From an uncultured Gammaproteobacteria bacterium (GTDB taxonomy: Bacteria; Pseudomonadota; Gammaproteobacteria; GCA-002705445; GCA-002716945), in NCBI GenBank assembly GCA_902628335.1, contig CACOMO010000004.1, positions 52,877 to 116,876 of the forward strand: 64,000 nucleotides of DNA, given 5' to 3'. The notes beneath the pieces were generated by a model. That model was not told the DNA's origin. It was given only the letters and a program-made list of their open reading frames with translations, and did not search any database. The number at the start of each line of letters is the position of its first letter. Position 1 is the first letter of the stretch. The position numbers were made by a program, and so were the translations under genes. Of the stretch, positions 51,056 through 60,114 are shown one piece after another.

Positions 51056-51783
51056 TGTTAGAGAAGATGATATCAAATTTGAGCACGACTCTTATTGTAA
51101 ACTCTTATGAGTGTTTTCCCGTCCAGACAAAAAAAAATGAAAATTTATCACATAAACTAATTAGAGAAAAATATGATGCAACTGATTTGATTTTGATATC
51201 AAGATTGATATCGCGCCTAATTGGTACTGAAATTATTGGTGAGTCAAAATTTAATTTTGAACCTTTCGGTGACAGTGGATCATTTTTAGTTAAAGCTAAA
51301 GAGTGTCTTAGTAATTCAGGTGTTACCCATTTAAAAGAGAGCCATATTTCTTTTCATACATACATAGAAGATATAAATACTGAATTCTTGATAGTGAGAT
51401 TAGAGTATCATATTTGTTCATGTTCTGATTATAATGTCTTCGACTCAATCAAAGCAATATTACCTAATTCATTAAAATCTGAAACAATACCGACACCTGA
51501 TTTGATTACTTTAGATTATATTAGACGCGGTGCAAAATTTAATAGTTCATCAAATCATATTAATTTTGATTATCATAATGCAAAACATATTTGTGAAAAA
51601 ACAGATTATAAATTAATTAATGATACTAATTTGACACATATTAATGGTACACGACAATTATTATGTGGATTAAATAATGCTGACGTTTTGAATAAACTTA
51701 AAAATTTTAGTTATGACGTTTCGCAGAATGATGTTGAATTCTTTATGAGTTTCCTACAAAAAACTTATTGTACTTACAGTTAA
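51055..51783 (+). CDS. speD: Divergent S-adenosylmethionine decarboxylase proenzyme
   Basis: FEP.G.S, HLKE|SHISFHTY pyruvoyl cleavage site, CSC and D.IT.DY..RG align by eye with E. coli-type SpeD; trpC..speD-coq7 synteny. Confidence 0.72.
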   Translation: MLEKMISNLSTTLIVNSYECFPVQTKKNENLSHKLIREKYDATDLILISRLISRLIGTEIIGESKFNFEPFGDSGSFLVKAKECLSNSGVTHLKESHISFHTYIEDINTEFLIVRLEYHICSCSDYNVFDSIKAILPNSLKSETIPTPDLITLDYIRRGAKFNSSSNHINFDYHNAKHICEKTDYKLINDTNLTHINGTRQLLCGLNNADVLNKLKNFSYDVSQNDVEFFMSFLQKTYCTYS

Positions 51784-51800
51784 AAATATATCACTTCAGC

Positions 51801-52433
51801 TCATATATAATATGTTATTTTTTTCATCACTCTAGAGAGCAAGTTCATCGATTCTTTAGCTGCATCAGGGATATCTTCCGAACCCATTTCTACAGCTGTT
51901 TTTTCATGCTTTGCTTCGTCCTCTTTTATATAACCCAACATTTCTCTGCTCCTAAGATCGGATGCTGGGAGTTTCTGGATTGAGTCATCTAGATGATGAG
52001 ATACTTGTCTCTCTGTTTCCTTTATGAAGCCTGCACCATACTTTGTTTGAACTAGCCCAGCGAATGCTCCGAGAGTGAATGATGACAAATACCACAATCC
52101 ATTAAAAATACTCGCTTTAGCTCCTAGTTCATCCAATCTACCATGACATATTTTAAGATGCTCTCTTTCCTCCTGACACATCTTATAAAGTTGTTTTTTT
52201 GTATCAGTATCATTAGTGAATGCTGCTTGACCTCTGTATAAGCCTTGAGCACATACTTCTCCCATATGATTTACTCTCATTATCCTCTCGGATTGTATGT
52301 TATCTGATTTACTCAGGATTTCGTCATTTTGTGAAAATTCTTCAGATTTCTTTGATACAGTTTTATCATTGACCGTTTCTAGCCCATACTCAATTTCCCT
52401 TATAATACTGTCTAGTTTCGTAAAATTTCTCAT
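51801..52433 (-). CDS. coq7: Di-iron demethoxyubiquinone hydroxylase Coq7 (likely ATG at 52433)
   Basis: MRVNH.GEVCAQGLY.GQ, EE.EHL, ETE.QV..HL and DE..H motifs. Confidence 0.94.
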   Translation of the reverse strand: MRNFTKLDSIIREIEYGLETVNDKTVSKKSEEFSQNDEILSKSDNIQSERIMRVNHMGEVCAQGLYRGQAAFTNDTDTKKQLYKMCQEEREHLKICHGRLDELGAKASIFNGLWYLSSFTLGAFAGLVQTKYGAGFIKETERQVSHHLDDSIQKLPASDLRSREMLGYIKEDEAKHEKTAVEMGSEDIPDAAKESMNLLSRVMKKITYYI

Positions 52434-52485
52434 GTGATTATTACAACATTTAATGCTTGTTTTATAAATATATTTTATAAATTTC

Positions 52486-52514
52486 TTGTGTATAAACACT
52501 TATATGCGTAAAAT
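52486..52514 (+). promoter_or_regulatory. Sigma70-type promoter of rplM-rpsI
   Basis: TTGTGT-N17-TAAAAT, ending 14 nt before the ATG. Confidence 0.5.
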
Positions 52515-52528
52515 CATGAATACTTAAA

Positions 52529-52948
52529 ATGAGCAAAGAAACAATAAATAGCAAAGAATGGTTTATTATAGATGCACAAGAGGCAGTTTTGGGCAGATTG
52601 GCATCTAAGGTCGCCTCAATACTCAAAGGTAAGCATAAACCGACATACCAGCCGCATCAGGATAATGGGGATTATATTGTCGTTATCAATGCGAAGAATG
52701 TAAATGTCACTGGGAATAAGCTTAATGATAAAATCTATTACAAACATACTGGCTACATTGGTAACATGAAAAAAACTCCATTGTCTGTTGCTCTTGAGAA
52801 AGATGCCTCATTTGTTATAAAAAATGCTGTCAAAGGCATGCTCCCCAAAAATCCACTTGGAAGAGAGATGATTAAAAAACTCAAAATCTACAATGATGCT
52901 GATCATAATCATCATGCTCAGAAACCTATAAAACTAGAGGTTAAGTGA
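52529..52948 (+). CDS. rplM: 50S ribosomal protein L13
   Basis: W..IDA...LGRLAS..A..L.GKHKP.Y.PH.D.GD and GMLPK motifs. Confidence 0.98.
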   Translation: MSKETINSKEWFIIDAQEAVLGRLASKVASILKGKHKPTYQPHQDNGDYIVVINAKNVNVTGNKLNDKIYYKHTGYIGNMKKTPLSVALEKDASFVIKNAVKGMLPKNPLGREMIKKLKIYNDADHNHHAQKPIKLEVK

Positions 52949-53334
52949 TGCATAAATCGTATGGCACAGGTCGGAGAAAAACATCAAGTGCTAGAGTCTA
53001 TCTCCATGAAGGTACAGGTGTAATCAGAATTAATTCTCGTGATCTTGATGATTTCATTAGTTCAAAAACTCTTAAATCATATCTAATTTCGCCACTTGAA
53101 AAGTCACAGCTCTTACAGAAAGTAGATCTTAATATTATAGTAAATGGAGGCGGGCAAAGTGGTCAAATTGGAGCAATAGTACATGGATTAACTCGTGCAC
53201 TTATCAAATACCAAGGTGGTTTACTCCCCGTGTTAAGAAGAGAGGGATTTGTTACTCGTGATGCTAGGAAAGTTGAGCGCAAGAAAGTAGGTTTGAGAAA
53301 AGCAAGGAAAGCTACACAATTTTCTAAACGATAA
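52945..53334 (+). CDS. rpsI: 30S ribosomal protein S9
   Basis: GTGRRK.S.ARV, GGG.SGQ and TRD.R.VERKK.GL.KARK..QFSKR motifs. Confidence 0.98.
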   Translation: MMHKSYGTGRRKTSSARVYLHEGTGVIRINSRDLDDFISSKTLKSYLISPLEKSQLLQKVDLNIIVNGGGQSGQIGAIVHGLTRALIKYQGGLLPVLRREGFVTRDARKVERKKVGLRKARKATQFSKR

Positions 53335-53988
53335 TCAAATGTTTTTCACATTTATGCCATCAGAAATCAGTAGCACATCAGCAGGCTTTTGACTAAACAA
53401 TCCATTCGTAACAACCCCAGGCATATTATTTAACTCTCTTTCTAGTACAATAGGTTCATTTATATCCATTCCGTGCACATCTAATATAATATTTTTGTTG
53501 TCGGTAATAAAATTCTCTCTTAATACAGGTCTTGCTCCTTTTTTGATCATTTCCAAAGCTATTTTGCTCTGAGCCATGGATATCACTTCTATTGGTAGTG
53601 GAAACTTACCTAATTTACTAACAAATTTACTATCATCAATAATGCAAATAAACTTCTCCGAGCAAGATGCCACAATTTTTTCTCTCGTTAATGCACCACC
53701 TCCACCTTTGATGAGTTGCTTTTGCTTGTTAGCTTCATCTGCTCCATCAATATAGATGGGTATAGTCCCTACTTCTCTTAATTCAATCACTCGAAACCCA
53801 TTCTGATCAAGAAGTTGTGATGTTTTATCGGAAGAGGATACACATGCATCTATCTTTGATCTTATCTTGTTTAAGTGGCTGATAAATATCTCTACAGTGC
53901 TACCAGATCCTATTCCAAGAACTTGCCCAGTGTCTATATAATCCAGAACTGCCTCTGCAACCATCTGTTTTTTATCGTTTTGATGCAT
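53335..53988 (-). CDS. rpiA: Ribose-5-phosphate isomerase A (likely ATG at 53988)
   Basis: GIGSGST, YIDGADE and IKGGGGALTREKI motifs. Confidence 0.97.
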   Translation of the reverse strand: MHQNDKKQMVAEAVLDYIDTGQVLGIGSGSTVEIFISHLNKIRSKIDACVSSSDKTSQLLDQNGFRVIELREVGTIPIYIDGADEANKQKQLIKGGGGALTREKIVASCSEKFICIIDDSKFVSKLGKFPLPIEVISMAQSKIALEMIKKGARPVLRENFITDNKNIILDVHGMDINEPIVLERELNNMPGVVTNGLFSQKPADVLLISDGINVKNI

Positions 53989-54048
53989 GTAATTTGCTCT
54001 TATATGCGTTAGTATATTCCAATATTGTACACTATAACCAGCTAACAT

Positions 54049-55575
54049 ATGTCTGAAAGGAAAATTAAATCAATAATCTCAAAGATCGATCAAACCTCAG
54101 TTTATGATGTTGCTATTAATACGCCTTTGAAGAAGGCTAAAATTTTATCAAAAAAACTTAATAATAAGATATTTATTAAACGCGAAGATTTACAACCTGT
54201 ATTTTCTTTTAAACTTAGAGGTGCTTATTGCAAAATTAAGCAACTAACTAAATTAGGTAATTTACGTAAGATAATTACAGCCTCTGCCGGTAATCATGCC
54301 CAAGGTGTTGCTCTTTCTGCGTCAAAACTAGGAATTAAATCACTGATTGTAATGCCAACTACTACTCCTAAGATAAAGATTAATTCTGTCAAGAATCTTG
54401 GTGCAGAGGTTATCTTACATGGGGATGCTTACGATGACGCATATGAATATGCAATTAGGAAATCAGAAAAAGAAGGCATTGAGTTCATTCATCCTTATGA
54501 CGATATCGATGTCATTGCTGGACAAGGAACAATTGCTAGAGAATTGCTCCAGCAAAGTGATTCACAAATCGATTATATATTTATACCTGTCGGCGGCGGC
54601 GGTCTATTAGCTGGTATTGCAGCTTATTTCAAAAAAAATAGTCCGAAAACTAAAATTGTAACTGTGGAACCAGAGGATTCCAATTGTTTCCAACAGGCTT
54701 TTAGGGACAATAAGCGTACAAAACTCAAATCAATAGGCATTTTTGCAGATGGTGTAGCTGTGAGGCAAATTGGCAAAATACCATTTGAGATTTCTCGAGA
54801 TATTGTAGACTCTACGATACTTGTAAACACTGATGAGATATGCTCCGGCATCAAGGATCTTTATGATGAGACGAGAACTGTAGCTGAGCCCGCAGGAGCT
54901 CTCTCCATAGCTGGGATCAAGAAATTTATCAAACTTAAGAAACTATCAAAAAAGAATATTGTAGGTATCTTTTGTGGCGCAAATATGAATTTTGATAGGT
55001 TACGTCATGTATCTGAGAGATCGGAGCTCGGTGAGTTGAATGAGATGTTAGTAGGGGTAACGATACCAGAAAAACCTGGTAGTTTTAAGAAGTTCTGTTT
55101 ATTAATTGGTAAACGTTCTATTACGGAGTTCAACTATAGATATTCTGATGCAAAAAAAGCACATGTTTTTGCAGGCATAAAGTTGTCAAATGGCATTAAG
55201 GAGAAGAATTCTGTACTTAAAAGACTAAGAGAGAGTGATTACAAAGTAGTAGATTTCTCGGATAATGAGATGGCAAAACTTCATGTTAGATATATGGTTG
55301 GTGGAATCTCAAAATCTGACCATACTGAGTACATATTTAGATTTGTCTTCCCAGAAAAGCCGGGTGAATTATATAATTTTCTGGATACTATCGGTAGTGA
55401 GTGGAATATTAGTCTTTTTCACTATAGAAATCATGGTGCTGACTTTGGAAGAGTTCTTATTGGTTTTCAAGCCTCTGATTCTGATAAAAAACTACTCGTG
55501 AAACACTTAAATTCGCTTAATTATGAGTTTTTTGAGGAAACCTATAACAAAGCTTATAATTTATTTTTAAGCTAA
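54049..55575 (+). CDS. ilvA: Threonine ammonia-lyase, biosynthetic
   Basis: KREDLQPVFSFKLRGA, ASAGNHAQG, regulatory domain FPEKPG and LFHYRNHG. Confidence 0.97.
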   Translation: MSERKIKSIISKIDQTSVYDVAINTPLKKAKILSKKLNNKIFIKREDLQPVFSFKLRGAYCKIKQLTKLGNLRKIITASAGNHAQGVALSASKLGIKSLIVMPTTTPKIKINSVKNLGAEVILHGDAYDDAYEYAIRKSEKEGIEFIHPYDDIDVIAGQGTIARELLQQSDSQIDYIFIPVGGGGLLAGIAAYFKKNSPKTKIVTVEPEDSNCFQQAFRDNKRTKLKSIGIFADGVAVRQIGKIPFEISRDIVDSTILVNTDEICSGIKDLYDETRTVAEPAGALSIAGIKKFIKLKKLSKKNIVGIFCGANMNFDRLRHVSERSELGELNEMLVGVTIPEKPGSFKKFCLLIGKRSITEFNYRYSDAKKAHVFAGIKLSNGIKEKNSVLKRLRESDYKVVDFSDNEMAKLHVRYMVGGISKSDHTEYIFRFVFPEKPGELYNFLDTIGSEWNISLFHYRNHGADFGRVLIGFQASDSDKKLLVKHLNSLNYEFFEETYNKAYNLFLS

Positions 55576-55599
55576 AAAAAGGCCCTATATAGGGCCTTT
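55574..55599. terminator. Bidirectional intrinsic terminator between ilvA and the histone-like gene
   Basis: Perfect palindrome AAAGGCCCTATATAGGGCCTTT (55578-55599); 7-T tail on the minus strand. Confidence 0.85.
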
Positions 55600-55621
55600 C
55601 GTTAGTATTATATTATTGTTA

Positions 55622-55906
55622 TTATCTACGTCTTTTTGTTTTACGTTTAGCTTTCTTTCTTGTAGCTTTCTTTTTCTTCTTAGCTACTTTCTTTTTAGCT
55701 TTACGTTTAGCTTTTTTCTTAGTAGTTTTTTTCTTAGCTACTTTCTTTTTAGCTTTACGTTTAGTTTTTTTCTTAGCTGCTTTCTTCTTAGCTGCTTTCC
55801 TACGAGTAGTTGTTACTTTTTTCTTAGCAACTTTTCTCTTCGTAGCTTTACGTTTAGTCACTTTTGTTTTACGTTTAGCAACTTTTGCTTTTTTTCTTGC
55901 TACCAT
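55622..55906 (-). CDS. Histone H1/protamine-like lysine-rich protein
   Basis: 94 aa, 59 K+R, only M/V/A/T/K/R; xxKKK and xxKRK pentapeptide repeats; GGAGG SD; own terminator. Confidence 0.85.
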   Translation of the reverse strand: MVARKKAKVAKRKTKVTKRKATKRKVAKKKVTTTRRKAAKKKAAKKKTKRKAKKKVAKKKTTKKKAKRKAKKKVAKKKKKATRKKAKRKTKRRR

Positions 55907-55940
55907 ACTGTTTTCCTCCGCAGTTTTGGTGGTTAATTTG

Positions 55941-56020
55941 AGTTTATTTAGTTAAATATAAAAAAACAAGTTTTTTTTTGTTGTTTTTATAAAAAAATGT
56001 TTTTTTTCTATATTTTTTTT
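55941..56020 (-). promoter_or_regulatory. Sigma70 promoter with upstream A-tracts for the histone-like gene
   Basis: Minus strand TTGTTT(55969-55964)-N17-TAAACT(55946-55941), preceded by several A5-A9 tracts. Confidence 0.55.
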
Positions 56021-56084
56021 GCATAAGAGGGTATTTAGAAGAAAATATTTTCTATTTTTAACTTATTGAGTTGTTTTTCACAAC

Positions 56085-56540
56085 TCACCTTTCAAGTTTT
56101 AATATAAAATTCCAATCTTTTTTATCAATTTTTGTGATAGAAAGTCTATTTCCTCTTTGAACAACTCTCATTTTAGATAATTCTTTATAACTTTTTAGCT
56201 CGGTTAATGTGATTACATTCTTGAGCTTTCTTTTATACTTAACATCTACCATTAACCAAGTTGGATTATCTTTTTTACTTTTAGGATCGTAGTACTTTGC
56301 TTTCCTATCAAATGCCGTATGATCTGGATATGCTTCAGAATTAATCTCCATAAGACCATAAATACCAGGAACATCACAATTAGAGTGATAAAAAAATGCT
56401 TGATCACCTTTTTTCATCTCATCTCTGATCATATTTCTAACTTGGTAGTTCCTTATGCCGTCCCATGGCTCGGTTTTGTCTCTTTTAAGATCATCAATAC
56501 TATAATCATCAGGCTCGTTCTTCATAAGCCAGTAATTCAT
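56085..56540 (-). CDS. EVE domain protein (Thy28-like)
   Basis: YWLMK.EP, WDGIRNYQ.RN, FFYHS, AYPD.TAF and RGNRLSI motifs. Confidence 0.94.
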   Translation of the reverse strand: MNYWLMKNEPDDYSIDDLKRDKTEPWDGIRNYQVRNMIRDEMKKGDQAFFYHSNCDVPGIYGLMEINSEAYPDHTAFDRKAKYYDPKSKKDNPTWLMVDVKYKRKLKNVITLTELKSYKELSKMRVVQRGNRLSITKIDKKDWNFILKLER

Positions 56541-56827
56541 TATTTTAATTCCTCTAAATTTAGAGAGTTTTGTAATGACTCAATATCTTTCGACAGATTT
56601 TCATAATCTTTAAATTCATCTTCTCTTTTAAGAAAGTCACTGACGATATTTAATGCGGCTATTATAGCTATCTTTTCTCTGGGCAATGTAGGACTACTTT
56701 TTTTTAATTCACTCATCTTTATGTCCAAATACGCTGCTGATCTATTAAGAAGTTCTACTTCTAATTCACTACATTTAATCTTAAAGTCTTGGTCACTAAT
56801 CGTGACAGTAATGAAATCATCTGTCAT
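56540..56827 (-). CDS. zapA: Cell division protein ZapA
   Basis: V.I....F.I.C...E, A.YLD.KM and IAIIAALNI motifs. Confidence 0.88.
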   Translation of the reverse strand: MTDDFITVTISDQDFKIKCSELEVELLNRSAAYLDIKMSELKKSSPTLPREKIAIIAALNIVSDFLKREDEFKDYENLSKDIESLQNSLNLEELK

Positions 56828-57040
56828 TTATGTAACCTCACTATTTTTTATTCTTTCAAGTATAGAATTAACTTTATCTTTAATCGCTTCATTTTTTCTA
56901 ATTAATTCAGCTTTTTGAGATACTAGGCTTGACTGTTGAACTTTGAGAAGATCATTCTCACGTTTTATTTTAACATATATCTCTTTAAGTTGATCGATTG
57001 ACTCTCTAAGATCAGCAATTTGGTCATTAAGCTTGTTCAT
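56828..57040 (-). CDS. ZapB-like / TIGR02449-type coiled-coil protein
   Basis: 70-aa coiled coil (L..EN..L...KNE..K.KV..IL.R); sits between ygfB and zapA. Confidence 0.75.
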   Translation of the reverse strand: MNKLNDQIADLRESIDQLKEIYVKIKRENDLLKVQQSSLVSQKAELIRKNEAIKDKVNSILERIKNSEVT

Positions 57041-57127
57041 CGTATTTTTTTAAGTATTCTATCTTGCTATTATATTGATTATACATATATTTAGCTAAAC
57101 AAAGACAACTATTATAATAATTTTACT

Positions 57128-57640
57128 ATGAATTTTAATGAATTTATTAATAAGAATGATATTCCTTTTAATAATGACGAAGTGCAAGGATATCTTACAG
57201 GACTTATCGTGTGTGACATCGGAGAGAACTTTAAACGCGAATTTCTAAAATTCATAGGTAAAGATCTTTATGAATCACTTTCCGAGAGACAAACATTAGA
57301 TATATCTATAGCTCAAACAATCAAAAGTCTAATCAACAATAGTGTGTCTTTATCTTTTGATGAGCATGAAAATCTACAAATTCAACTAGAGGGTATGGCA
57401 CACTGGGTAACATATTTTATAATGGCAATAAATATTTCTGTAGATAAGAAATACATAAAAAACTCACTTCTTATTCAAGAATTATTATTTGATTTCCAAG
57501 AGATCAGCAAATCATATGATAATTATTTTATTGATAATGAAGTGGATGATAGAGAACATTATGATACTATCAAGGAATATATCTTGAGTTCAATTTATTC
57601 TATTTACAATTTTGTCAGAGAGAATGATGGTAAAAAGTAA
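57128..57640 (+). CDS. UPF0149 (YgfB/YecA) family protein, divergent
   Basis: EVQGYLTG, W..YF and DF.EIS; position upstream of pepP. Confidence 0.7.
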   Translation: MNFNEFINKNDIPFNNDEVQGYLTGLIVCDIGENFKREFLKFIGKDLYESLSERQTLDISIAQTIKSLINNSVSLSFDEHENLQIQLEGMAHWVTYFIMAINISVDKKYIKNSLLIQELLFDFQEISKSYDNYFIDNEVDDREHYDTIKEYILSSIYSIYNFVRENDGKK

Positions 57641-58940
57641 TATCTATAAGAAGAGAAGGTCTTTGATTTTCAAATCATTTGAAGATCAAGCGACTGCCAT
57701 ATTAGTTTCCGCAAATGAGCAATTGAGATCCAATGATGTTCCATACCCGTATCGACAGAATAACAACTTTTATTACGTTACGGGATTTGATGAACCTAAT
57801 GCGATATTACTAGTTCATAAAACAGATAAAAATAAAATTATCGAACATTTTTTTATTAAAAAACCCAATGCATATGATGAGGTTTGGACAGGAAATCTGC
57901 CGTCGAAACAATATGTAAAAAAAACCTATGATTTCACAAAAGTAGATTATGTTGATGACTTACAGAAATATCTAACTGAATATCTAGCTCGATCAAATGT
58001 TGTCTATCACTCTCTTGATAAAGACTCTGATATTATTGAGAGTTTTGAAAAAAGTATAGAAGTAATTAAGAAAAAATATCGTTCAGGAGTAGTAGCCCCC
58101 ACAAAAAATATTTGCATAGACTCTATAATTCAAGATCATAGATTAATAAAAGATAAACACGAGATAACCGCAATTAAAAAATCTGCAACTGCTTCTTCTA
58201 AGGTACACTTGAGCTTAATGAGAAAATGTTCGTTATTTAAAAGCGAGAAAGACATTCAATTTTATTTATCACATCAATTTAATCTACGTGGTGGAGTAGA
58301 GGCTTATCCATCAATAGTAGCATCAGGCAAGAATGCTTGTATTTTGCATTATACAAAAAATAATTCTAAGTTGAATACTCGAGATTTACTGCTTGTTGAC
58401 GCCGCATGTGAAATTGATAACTATACATCAGATATTACTAGAACAATACCCTTAAGTGGAAAATTTTCTCAACCACAAAAAGATATTTATAATATAGTTC
58501 TAGAAGCACAACTCAAAGCTATCAAAAAATGCATACCGGGTAACACACTTGCTGACGTTCATAACGAGGCTGTTAAGTGGATTACGAAAGGTCTAATTAA
58601 AATCAATCTTATTCAAGCTGATTTGAAAGACGCAATTCGCAATGACCTGTACAAAAAATTTTACATGCATGGAACTGGACATTGGCTAGGAATGGATGTT
58701 CATGACCCATGCAGATATAAAGATGGAACAAAGCTTGTAAAACTCTCCCCTGGTATGATTTTCACCGTCGAACCTGGCATTTATATCAGGCCTGTTAAAG
58801 ATGTACCTATTGAGTACCATAATATAGGCATAAGAATTGAGGATGATGTTTTGATAACCAAAAAAGGTTTTGAGGTTTTAACTAGCTCTACTCCCAAAAC
58901 AATTAAAGAGATAGAAACTACTATGGCATCAGTAAAATGA
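57612..58940 (+). CDS. pepP: Xaa-Pro aminopeptidase
   Basis: LHY, DAA.E...YTSDITRT, HGTGHWLGMDVHD, TVEPGIY and GIRIEDD motifs. Confidence 0.96.
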   Translation: MSERMMVKSNIYKKRRSLIFKSFEDQATAILVSANEQLRSNDVPYPYRQNNNFYYVTGFDEPNAILLVHKTDKNKIIEHFFIKKPNAYDEVWTGNLPSKQYVKKTYDFTKVDYVDDLQKYLTEYLARSNVVYHSLDKDSDIIESFEKSIEVIKKKYRSGVVAPTKNICIDSIIQDHRLIKDKHEITAIKKSATASSKVHLSLMRKCSLFKSEKDIQFYLSHQFNLRGGVEAYPSIVASGKNACILHYTKNNSKLNTRDLLLVDAACEIDNYTSDITRTIPLSGKFSQPQKDIYNIVLEAQLKAIKKCIPGNTLADVHNEAVKWITKGLIKINLIQADLKDAIRNDLYKKFYMHGTGHWLGMDVHDPCRYKDGTKLVKLSPGMIFTVEPGIYIRPVKDVPIEYHNIGIRIEDDVLITKKGFEVLTSSTPKTIKEIETTMASVK

Positions 58941-60106
58941 AAACCGAGAGTTACGATTTCACCATAAGTGGAGCTGGTCTCGTTGGGAGCATATTAGCTC
59001 TAGCATTGGACAAAATTGGTTATAGGGTATGCTTAATTGAGAAATCCAATTTAAAAAATAACGCGGATAAATTTGGCAATTTTTATCCTCTATCTTTGAA
59101 CTATAGATCAAAAATTATTTTAGATGATCTTGGCTTATGGGACATGATACACGAAATATCTTATCCAATAGATAAGCTCACAATACTTTACAGAAATAAT
59201 CTATCAAAAATAAGATTCACTTCGAAAGAGTTTGATTTAGATAATTTAGGATACGTGGTAGATAGACTTAAATTACTAGAAATATATAAAAAGTCCTTAG
59301 ATAAACAATTTACTGGTGTTTTAAAACTTAATACTGAGATTAGAAGTGTAGAGAGACACGATGATAACCTAACTTTGAAATTAAATTCTCAAGATTTAAA
59401 CTCAAAATATCTAGTAGTTTCAGATGGGATTGATTCCAATCTTAGTAAATTAGTTTCTCATAACGCTCAAAAAATCAATTACAATCAAATTTCGTTCATG
59501 ATGAACTGCAAAGGGAGCTTCAAGGAAAACCATGCAATTCAGTTTTTTAACAAGTCAGGTATTTTCGCCTTTATACCTTATACCAACTCGTCTGCGAGTT
59601 TGATTCTTACGCTTAATAAAGGCCAGGAGAGTAAATATTTTATCGATAACGAGCCAATTTATAACCAAATTGCAGATACTTTTTCACAATATATTACCGA
59701 TATCGAAGGTATAAAATCAGTGACTAGTTATGATTTGTCAACACATCGAATGGATACAATCTACAGTGATAGGATAATGCTATTTGGTAATAGCTTACAA
59801 CTAATCCATCCAGTTGGAGCGCAAGGTTATAATTTTAGTTTGAGATGTATTGAATATATGGTTGATCATTTTAGAGACTCAGATGAGATTAATCTTGATA
59901 TCAATAGCTTTATCCAAACTGTACGCAGAGATCGTACAAAGACGATATCAAATGTTGATATCGCTCTGAAGTTTTTAAATAATGACCATGTATTATCTTC
60001 TCTCATTTCAAAAGTTGCGTTTAATTTGATTAAAAACAACTCTTCACTCAAGACGACTTTGTTAGAGAATGTTATTGGACTTAACAACTACGCTTTTAGG
60101 AAATAG
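58937..60106 (+). CDS. ubiH: 2-octaprenyl-6-methoxyphenol hydroxylase UbiH
   Basis: GAGLVG, VSDG and GN..Q.IHPVGAQGYN motifs; pepP-ubiH synteny. Confidence 0.8.
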   Translation: MKTESYDFTISGAGLVGSILALALDKIGYRVCLIEKSNLKNNADKFGNFYPLSLNYRSKIILDDLGLWDMIHEISYPIDKLTILYRNNLSKIRFTSKEFDLDNLGYVVDRLKLLEIYKKSLDKQFTGVLKLNTEIRSVERHDDNLTLKLNSQDLNSKYLVVSDGIDSNLSKLVSHNAQKINYNQISFMMNCKGSFKENHAIQFFNKSGIFAFIPYTNSSASLILTLNKGQESKYFIDNEPIYNQIADTFSQYITDIEGIKSVTSYDLSTHRMDTIYSDRIMLFGNSLQLIHPVGAQGYNFSLRCIEYMVDHFRDSDEINLDINSFIQTVRRDRTKTISNVDIALKFLNNDHVLSSLISKVAFNLIKNNSSLKTTLLENVIGLNNYAFRK

Positions 60107-60114
60107 TTATCGAG

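Noticed and set aside
55630-55900. Repetitive DNA (TTTACGTTTAG and TTCTTAGCT units) as a CRISPR array or VNTR
   Set aside because: The repeats are codon-level consequences of the KRK/AKKK peptide repeats; there are no unique spacers and no cas genes.
55616-55936. 106-aa Phe/Ser/Leu-rich plus-strand ORF that looks like a membrane protein
   Set aside because: It is the reverse complement of the Lys-rich gene; the SD, promoter and terminator polarity all support the minus strand.
55970-56084. Poly-A/T region as a relocated 6S RNA or other structured RNA
   Set aside because: Almost no G/C and no long stem; better explained as promoter-upstream A-tracts.
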